Below, piece by piece: positions 29,001 through 32,000 of a stretch of 32,000 nt of DNA; positions within the stretch are counted from its first letter, which is position 1, and each line of letters starts with the position of its first letter. Position numbers and translations under genes: made by a program. The DNA comes from Candidatus Electronema halotolerans (GTDB lineage Bacteria; Desulfobacterota; Desulfobulbia; Desulfobulbales; Desulfobulbaceae), in the NCBI GenBank assembly GCA_942493095.1, contig OW818675.1, forward strand, positions 1,110,001-1,142,000, read 5' to 3'. Below the pieces are notes generated by a model. That model was not told where the DNA came from. It did no database searches and worked only from the letters and a program-made list of their open reading frames with translations.

Positions 29001-32000
29001 GGATGGACGATGAAGCTGGCTGCGGTTTTTTCCTCGTCATTCCAATAGCATCGCGCCAGGCCGCTGCCGCCGATATAAAGCTGTCCCGGCACATTGACCG
29101 GGCACGGCTCCAGCGCGCTGTTGAGCACCTGCCAGCTCTGGTTGCGCAGGGCCTTGCCATACGGAATGCTTTTCCAAGCCGGATCAACGTGGTCAATCGG
29201 GTGCCAGATTGACCAGATGGAGGCTTCGGTGGCCCCGCCGAGACTGATGACCCGCGCCTGCGGCCAGACAGTGCTGATGCGCTCCGGCAGATTGAGCGGA
29301 ATCCAGTCGCCGCTCATCATGACCAGCCGCAGCGATTCAGGGCGCAGGGCCGCCTGCCCCTCGACGTGATCGGCGTGAATCTGCATCAGGGCCGGGACGC
29401 TGTTCCAGACCGTCACCTTATGGCGATTTGACAGCTCGGCCCAATGCGTCGGCTCCTTGGCTTTTTCCTGCTCAGGCATGACCACTGCGCCGCCAGCGGC
29501 GAGCAGGCCGAAGATGTCATAAACCGACAGGTCAAAACTCAATGAAGACAGGGCCAGCACCCGGTCATTTTGGCCAACGGCAAAGCGTTCGTTGATATCT
29601 AAGATGGTGTTGGCCGCGCCACGATGGCTGATGGCCACGCCCTTGGGCAGGCCGGTCGAGCCGGAGGTGAAGATGATGTAGGCCAGATCATCCGGCTGCG
29701 TTGCGGCAGCCGGTTTTTCCGGCGGAAATGCGGCTAAGTCGAGTTGCTCTACGGTCAGCGCATGAACGTTTTCCGGCAGTTCCAGACTGTCCGCAACCCG
29801 CTGATGGGTGATCAGGCGGTTTGCGCCGCTGCCCTCCAGAATGCGCTGGATGCGCTCCGCCGGATAGTCAGGATCAACCGGCACATAAGCGGCCCCGGCC
29901 TTGAGCGCGGCCAGCACGCTGATGATCATCAGCGGTGACCGCTCCAGAGCGACCGCAACCAAGGGCTGCCTGCTTGTTTCTGTTTTTATTGCCAGAAGAC
30001 AGTGCGCGAGCCGACAGGCCTGCTCATCAAGCTGCTGATAGGTGAGCTGCTCGTCTTTGTGAATGAGGGCCACATTGTCCGGCGATGCCGCAGCCTGCCG
30101 CTCGAACAGGTCAAGCAGGGTGCAGTCAGGCGCAGGCCCAGTCTCCGGCGCGCTCCACTGCTCCAGCTGCTCCAGCTCGGCCGCAGTGAGCATGGGCAGC
30201 CGACTGACCGACTGACGCGGATCTGCGGCTATGCCTTGCAGCAAAATTTCAAAGCGTTCAGCAATGCGGGCCACTGTCTCTTTTTCAAACAGGTCAGCAG
30301 CATACTCCCAGCGGCAGAGGAGCTGATCACCTTTGCCCTCCACGCTTAAAGTCAGATCAAATTTCGCCGCCGAGTTGCCAGTTTCCAAAAAATTGACCTT
30401 CAGCTCCGGCAGGGCCAAGTCTGGAACTTCGTTGTTTTGCAGGACAAACATGACCTGAAAGAGCGGGCTGTGACTCATGCTCCTGACAGGCTGCAGCTCC
30501 TCCACCAGTATTTCAAAGGGAATGTCCTGATGGGCATAGGCGGAGAGACAGGAGCGGCGGACCGCCCTGAGCAGCTCATTGAAGGACTGCTCAGGTGCTG
30601 TTTGGGCGCGCAGCACCAAGGTGTTGACAAAGAAGCCGATCAAATCCTCGGTCTGACTGTGCCGCCGTCCGGCAATCGGGCTGCCCACGCAGATGTCGTT
30701 CTGACCGCTGTGCCGGGCCAGCAGGACATTGAAGGCGGCGAGCAGCACCATGAACAGTGTTGAACTTTGCTCCCTGCTTAGGTCGGCAAGGCTTTGGCTC
30801 AGTGCCGGCGGCAGCGGACGGATGTGCTGGCCGCCCTGAGAGCTGCGTCTGGAAGGGCGGGGCTTGTCGGTCGGCAGTTCGAGCAGCTCCGGCACTCCGG
30901 CCAGCTCCCTGCGCCAGTAATCGACCTGCTGCTCCAGAATCGGACCATGCAGCCAGCTCCGCTGCCAAGCCGCATAGTCAGGGTATTCAATGGTGAGTTC
31001 CGGCAGAGCGGACTCTTTATTTTGGCTGAGGGCGGTGTAGGTCTCCTGCCAGTCCCGGAGAAAAATGGCCATGGACCAGCCGTCGCTGACAACATGGTGC
31101 ATGTTGAGGAGCAATACCGACCGCTGCTCATCCAGCAGCAGACAGGCGGTTCTGAAGACCGGCCCCTGCGCCAGATCAAACTGCGCGGCAGCATGAGCGT
31201 CTGTCTGTCTGATGACTTCCGCCGCCTGCATGTCCTGATTCAGGCTCCGCAGGTCATGCAGCTCCAAGGCAAACATCTCTTCAACCTGTTTGATCGTGGT
31301 GTATGGCCTGCCATCCTGCATGACAAAGCAGGTGCGGAGGCTGGCATGACGCTCCACCATCAAGCGCAGGCTCTGCTCCAGCAGACGCAGGTCGAGCCTG
31401 CCCTGCATTTCCAAGGCAATAGGGATGTTGTAGGCAGGGTTGCTCTGCTCGTCAAACTGATCCAAGAACCAGAGCCGCTGCTGGGCAAAAGAGAGCTGCT
31501 CAAGGTCTTGCGCCGATTTTTTGCTGATCGGCGGCAGGCAGGGCGTTCCTGCGGCCTGCTCAATGGCGGCGGCCAAGTCTTTGAGCTGCGGATTGCTGAA
31601 CACGGCCCGGAGCGGCAGCTCGACCTGAAAGCTTTCCCGGATGCGGGAAACTAACCGCATGGCGAGCAGCGAATTGCCGCCCAGATCAAAAAAATTGTCA
31701 CTGCGGCCCACAGCACCGCATCGCAATAAATCAGCCCACAACTCAGCCAAAAGCTCTTCTTCCGGGCCGAGAGGATGTTCCTCGCTGCTCTTGCTGCTGA
31801 GTTCCGGCTCAGGCAGGGCCTTGCGGTCAATTTTGCCGTTCGGAGTCAGCGGCATGGCCTCCATGAGAATGAATGCCGCCGGAACCATGTAGTCCGGCAG
31901 GGTCTTCTTGATGAAAGCGCGCAGCTCCGCAGGCAGCTGCAGCCTGTCCGCGTCCTCCTGATACGGGGTGTTGGCATAGCTGGGCCAAAGTCTTGGCGCG
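20093..32000 (-). CDS. Non-ribosomal peptide synthetase A, 3' 11.9 kb (5' end beyond the right edge): ..A-tail-T-C-A-T-C-A-T-E-C-A(core)-MT
   Basis: The track ORF 20093..31888 begins at an internal Met inside an A9 motif. The frame stays open to position 32000 (..APRLWPSYANTPYQED..LPDYMVP). Domain motifs were read directly. GC is 62% in the 29101-29200 sample. Confidence 0.95.
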   Translation of the reverse strand, partial: APRLWPSYANTPYQEDADRLQLPAELRAFIKKTLPDYMVPAAFILMEAMPLTPNGKIDRKALPEPELSSKSSEEHPLGPEEELLAELWADLLRCGAVGRSDNFFDLGGNSLLAMRLVSRIRESFQVELPLRAVFSNPQLKDLAAAIEQAAGTPCLPPISKKSAQDLEQLSFAQQRLWFLDQFDEQSNPAYNIPIALEMQGRLDLRLLEQSLRLMVERHASLRTCFVMQDGRPYTTIKQVEEMFALELHDLRSLNQDMQAAEVIRQTDAHAAAQFDLAQGPVFRTACLLLDEQRSVLLLNMHHVVSDGWSMAIFLRDWQETYTALSQNKESALPELTIEYPDYAAWQRSWLHGPILEQQVDYWRRELAGVPELLELPTDKPRPSRRSSQGGQHIRPLPPALSQSLADLSREQSSTLFMVLLAAFNVLLARHSGQNDICVGSPIAGRRHSQTEDLIGFFVNTLVLRAQTAPEQSFNELLRAVRRSCLSAYAHQDIPFEILVEELQPVRSMSHSPLFQVMFVLQNNEVPDLALPELKVNFLETGNSAAKFDLTLSVEGKGDQLLCRWEYAADLFEKETVARIAERFEILLQGIAADPRQSVSRLPMLTAAELEQLEQWSAPETGPAPDCTLLDLFERQAAASPDNVALIHKDEQLTYQQLDEQACRLAHCLLAIKTETSRQPLVAVALERSPLMIISVLAALKAGAAYVPVDPDYPAERIQRILEGSGANRLITHQRVADSLELPENVHALTVEQLDLAAFPPEKPAAATQPDDLAYIIFTSGSTGLPKGVAISHRGAANTILDINERFAVGQNDRVLALSSLSFDLSVYDIFGLLAAGGAVVMPEQEKAKEPTHWAELSNRHKVTVWNSVPALMQIHADHVEGQAALRPESLRLVMMSGDWIPLNLPERISTVWPQARVISLGGATEASIWSIWHPIDHVDPAWKSIPYGKALRNQSWQVLNSALEPCPVNVPGQLYIGGSGLARCYWNDEEKTAASFIVHPRAGERLYRTGDLGRWLPDGSIEFLGRDDFQVKIRGFRIELGEIEACLRQHPAVRDVVAKVWGGGGQQYLAAYVTADAAAPSLTAELKAAAQQALPDYMVPAYYCLLDALPLTANGKLDRNALPEPELTAEQEGLKPVSPDEELLAAVWAGLLNAEQISREDSFFERGGNSLLAMQLVSRIRETFQTELPVRAIFEHPTLREMAAVVRAAAGSVSLPPITAQPDAARKQLSFAQQRLWFLDQLEENKTAAYNMPLAFALTGGLNAVALEKSLHWLRQRHASLRTIFAAEDGRPRAELRPAEDAPCLQIADLRHLDGDVLEQEIVAQLYEHTVAPFDLASGPLFRAVLLRTEAERAVLLLNMHHIVSDGWSIGILLRDLQHAYAAFLNEEEPGLPPLALEYGDFAVWQRGWLQGEVLQRQVDYWKRQLDGIPDLLELPTDKARPARQSYRGAHYTHLLPSEISQAVADLSRQEGATVFMTLLAAFSILLSRYSRQDDICVGSPIASRTHRQTEDLVGFFVNTLVLRTHLEPEQSFSGLLHAVRQTCLAAYAYQDIPFEMLVEQLQPSRNMSHAPLFQVMLAVQDEISLELQGLEAKIHDSEYPIAKFDLTLFVDDSEGRLRCTWEYATDIFSEASIIRMSGHFMILLQGIAADPRQSVSRLPMLTAAELEQLEQWSAPETGPAPDCTLLDLFERQAAASPDNVALIHKDEQLTYQQLDEQACRLAHCLLAIKTETSRQPLVAVALERSPLMIISVLAALKAGAAYVPVDPDYPAERIQRILEGSGAGSMITHQRVADSLELPENVHALTVEQLDLAAFPPEKPAAATQPDDLAYIIFTSGSTGLPKGVAISHRGAANTILDINERFAVGQNDRVLALSSLSFDLSVYDIFGLLAAGGAVVMPEQEKAKEPTHWAELSNRHKVTVWNSVPALMQIHADHVEGQAALRPESLRLVMMSGDWIPLNLPERISTVWPQARVISLGGATEASIWSIWHPIDHVDPAWKSIPYGKALRNQSWQVLNSALEPCPVNVPGQLYIGGSGLARCYWNDEEKTATSFIIHPRAGERLYRTGDLGRWLPDGSIEFLGRDDFQVKIRGFRIELGEIEACLRQHPAVREALTAVHDEGDSRHLAAYFTASDPCLESGQLRTWLKERLPDYMVPNYLMPLKTFPLTANGKIDRKALPKPKLTFDAGDFSLPRNEIEQTLAEIWGALLKQRSIGIHDNFFELGGDSILSIQVVTRARKAGIQLAVHHLFEHQSIAELAKVAQAGVLIDIDAEQGLVSGELPLTPAQHWFFAQEQPEPHHFNQSVLLSVPDDFNPDVLRQAFAAVLQHHDALRLRFSQHDGSWQQYYAPAAEKIPFTIERSAAQEEEAEQWLISKTLDQQQNLNFVHGPLTRLTLLQTADRTRLFWCIHHLAVDGVSWRPLLEDLHKAYSQLVQGQPLSLPLKSSSFKAWSMRLQSYLSSQELADELHFWQALPELPLPMDFQDGKNRREYQQEITVRLEEKKTSTLLREAQLAYNTRINDLLLAALAMTLRDWHGSSQSLIELEGHGRVGLFPELDLSRTTGWFTAMYPVLLDLPQANELGAVIKAVKEQLRRIPKDGISYGLLKELAGHKLPKADIVFNYLGQFDQGIDAGSFSMTAEKTGSQISMTGPRSHLLEINGAVTQGQLSLTWSWSSDCYRSETVKGIAQAYIACLQELVHHCAQGRQGVTPSDFPAASVTQATLDSLFKQYADIQDIYPLTPMQQGLLFHTLYQPENEEYFEQLLCTLSNIDALFFKAAWQLQLERHPILRSAFLTDHTPMLQLVEKKAKLFWQEHDWRELPVGQQKERLRLLTDQERKKGFVVSKAPLIRFDLIRRDDEQFTFVMHFHHVLLDGWSVSRIFEEVRSSYLAMKQGRTPQLPTLPPFREYIAWLQKQDAENANCYWQERLAGFTEPTLLPIQQLNKLQPEYRKIRYSLGAESAAQLQQFCQQQRVTLNTVLQTALGLALARYSSKTDICFGVMISGRNASLAGIEDMVGMLINALPFRLQIDNSLSGSELLQHVQELHQADSRHGFSSLVDIQEQSELAQDEALFETLLAVENFPRGDNEATADESYRIEQMWSQNATSFPLTIMVDPGETADFYLLHDSCRINAESIDRFWGHLRTLLAALISAPEQPVGQLDMLTQPELAQIQQWNAPETGPVPDCTLLDLFERQAAASPDSAALIHKNEQLTYQQLDQQACRLAHCLLAIKTETSRQPLVAVALERSPLMIISVLAALKAGAAYVPVDPDYPAERIQRILEGSGAGSLITHQRVADSLELPENVRTLTAEQLDLTAFPPEKPAVATQPDDLAYIIFTSGSTGLPKGVAISHRGATNTILDINERFAVGQNDRVLALSSLSFDLSVYDIFGLLAAGGAVVMPEQEKAKEPTHWAELASRHQVTVWNSVPALMQIYAEQIEGNAALRLVMMSGDWIPLNLPERISTVWPQAQTISLGGATEASIWSIWHPIDHVDPAWKSIPYGKALRNQSFHILDEKLSPCPLLVPGQLYIGGIGLAQCYWGDEEKTAASFIIHPRTGEHLYRTGDLGRWLPDGSIEFLGRDDFQVKIRGFRIELGEIETAICRHPLVKEATVIAHDEIDGKRLLAYFVPESESKKKKTGSAKGEMSWLNDTVEKILSLKPERLLEISCGIGAFSSCIAPSCQQYIGVDFSQLLQEQRNAADAFQGIENGSVDVIAMNAVIQYFPSVDYCISVLEKAMEAVSPGGSIFIGDIRNFKLLEAFHASVQLHQAEDSLPLSVLRQHIQKAVQEEEELFIDPDLFKAIHQEFPRIKNVQIQLKAGAGQNEMNRFRYDVILRLDQEPEQPETIWLDWQEQDVNLSNIAQLLAENRSFAIKNIPNARLSAEKHLLAQLHNAEGTVKELRNSLRQREQGIDPDELCRLADQANFACIISYDSPYHYAVAFCRKDMSETATTEESFLFKKTWHHFA
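20096..21103 (-). other. NRPS A domain: SAM-dependent methyltransferase inserted after A8; the ORF ends inside or at the end of this insert
   Basis: Motifs: EMSWLNDTVEKIL, LLEISCGIGAF (motif I), YIGVDFS, VDVIAMNAVIQYFPS, PGGSIFIGDIRN, LLEAFHASVQLHQA, NEMNRFRYDVIL, ending ..KKTWHHFA*. About 336 aa lie after ..AYFVPE. GC is 38% in the 20101-20200 sample. Confidence 0.75.
21104..22447 (-). other. NRPS A domain: A3 core (A1-A8), Cys-type code; lacks A9/A10
   Basis: Motifs: LSSLSFDLSVYDIFG, VWNSVPALM, MMSGDWIP, ISLGGATEASIWS, and GRDDFQVKIRGFRIELGEIE at 21200-21259. Confidence 0.8.
21200..22480. repeat. Third, more diverged copy of the same A-core repeat (A3)
   Basis: Long identical runs with copies a and b (for example ccgacaggtcaaaactcaatgaagacagggccagcacccggtcatt). 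There is a 5-codon deletion (..EGNAALRLVMM.. versus ..EGQAALRPESLRLVMM..). Similarity ends at the A8 motif. The boundaries are approximate. Confidence 0.7.
22514..23797 (-). other. NRPS A domain: C3 (DCL-type, follows E)
   Basis: YPLTPMQQGLLFH, HFHHVLLDGWS. Confidence 0.8.
23873..25171 (-). other. NRPS A domain: epimerization (E)
   Basis: PLTPAQHWFF; CIHHLAVDGVSWR with the HH codons at 24767-24772; EGHGR; FNYLGQF. Confidence 0.8.
25205..25420 (-). other. NRPS A domain: T3 (PCP, E-partner type)
   Basis: DNFFELGGDSILSIQV. Confidence 0.8.
25457..26953 (-). other. NRPS A domain: A2, Cys-type code
   Basis: The protein is identical to A1 from A1 through A8 except at about 5 residues. A9 is LPDYMVP and A10 is NGKIDR. 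Confidence 0.8.
25663..27069. repeat. Intragenic 1407-bp repeat, copy b (A2 core plus C-A linker)
   Basis: A base-by-base comparison with 28837-30243 at an offset of exactly 3174 bp finds 7 mismatches (25834, 25846, 26102, 26641, 26644, 26646, 26647). Confidence 0.9.
27020..28318 (-). other. NRPS A domain: C2 (LCL-type)
   Basis: LSFAQQRLWFLDQ, MHHIVSDGWS. Confidence 0.8.
28373..28588 (-). other. NRPS A domain: T2 (PCP)
   Basis: DSFFERGGNSLLAMQL. Confidence 0.8.
28631..30127 (-). other. NRPS A domain: A1, Cys-type code
   Basis: Motifs: LSSLSFDLSVYDIFG, VWNSVPALM, MMSGDWIP, ISLGGATEASIWS, LPDYMVP, NGKLDR. The code read by eye is DLYNMSLIWK. Confidence 0.8.
28837..30243. repeat. Intragenic 1407-bp repeat, copy a (A1 core plus C-A linker)
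   Basis: See copy b. Identical spurious plus-strand track ORFs (25920/29094, 26570/29744, 26828/30002) show the same 3174-bp offset. Confidence 0.9.
30194..31498 (-). other. NRPS A domain: C1 (LCL-type)
   Basis: LSFAQQRLWFLDQ, MHHVVSDGWS. Confidence 0.8.
31553..31777 (-). other. NRPS A domain: T1 (PCP)
   Basis: DNFFDLGGNSLLAMRL. Confidence 0.8.
31808..32000 (-). other. NRPS A: A9-A10 tail of an upstream module whose body lies outside the window
   Basis: ..RLWPSYANTPYQEDADRLQLPAELRAFIKKTLPDYMVPAAFILMEAMPLTPNGKIDRKALP. Confidence 0.75.

Noticed and set aside
7452-31654. Many long plus-strand track ORFs (for example 7452..8417, 12849..13454, 21941..22828, 25253..26038, 30794..31654), plus minus-strand out-of-frame ORFs inside the ABC and NRPS genes
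   Set aside because: All lie inside well-supported minus-strand genes, have low-complexity Arg/Ala/Gly/Gln-rich composition and carry no recognisable motifs. Several are duplicated only because the underlying NRPS DNA is repeated.
10182-32000. Expectation that Cys-code A domains would be paired with heterocyclisation (Cy) domains or an oxidase
   Set aside because: All five condensation-type domains in the window show HHxxxDG, not DxxxxD. No Ox or reductase domain is visible, so thiazole or thiazoline formation is not supported.
1-32000. CRISPR arrays, tRNA/rRNA genes, transposases and integrases
   Set aside because: No short spaced repeats were seen. No T-loop-like or cloverleaf candidates appear in the few intergenic regions (882-1230, 4632-4832, 5736-5927, 9261-9322, 17889-17950, 19085-19195). 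No recombinase-like ORF is present.

Overview
All calls below come from motif reading by eye; no database or HMM search was run. This is a 32-kb window of host DNA at about 58-62% GC, and every confident gene lies on the minus strand.

**Left end (1-4.8 kb).**
- The 5' part of dnaA occupies 1-881.
- About 290 bp follows with no convincing gene.
- A 3.1-kb block at about 30% GC (1588-4680) carries a three-gene McrBC/LlaJI-like module: an McrB-type AAA+ protein, an McrC-like protein and a 140-aa orphan.
- This block has replaced the 5' third of a histidine-phosphatase gene.
- The whole segment is bracketed by 65-bp direct repeats.

**Right end (4.8-32 kb).** One co-directional gene string forms the distal end of a large NRPS cluster. 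Reading in the direction of transcription (high to low coordinates):
- NRPS A (5' end outside the window): ..A-tail-T-C-A-T-C-A-T-E-C-A-MT.
- An FGE/SUMF1-like gene.
- A radical-SAM gene.
- NRPS B: A9/A10 tail-T-C-A-T-C-A-T-TE.
- A second FGE-like gene.
- An ABC exporter, an SPFH protein, an unannotated 57-aa membrane ORF and a TauE/SafE permease.

**Most notable observations.**
1. The third A domain is interrupted by a methyltransferase and is also split between the two NRPS ORFs. The FGE-like and radical-SAM genes sit in the gap.
2. Four A domains carry a Cys-type specificity code but sit behind ordinary C domains rather than Cy domains. One is followed by an E domain, which points to a thiol-rich peptide, and the cluster carries thiol-chemistry tailoring candidates.
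3. A 1.4-kb A-domain segment recurs at 99.5% identity with a 3174-bp period.
4. The low-GC defence-like cassette lies next to dnaA.
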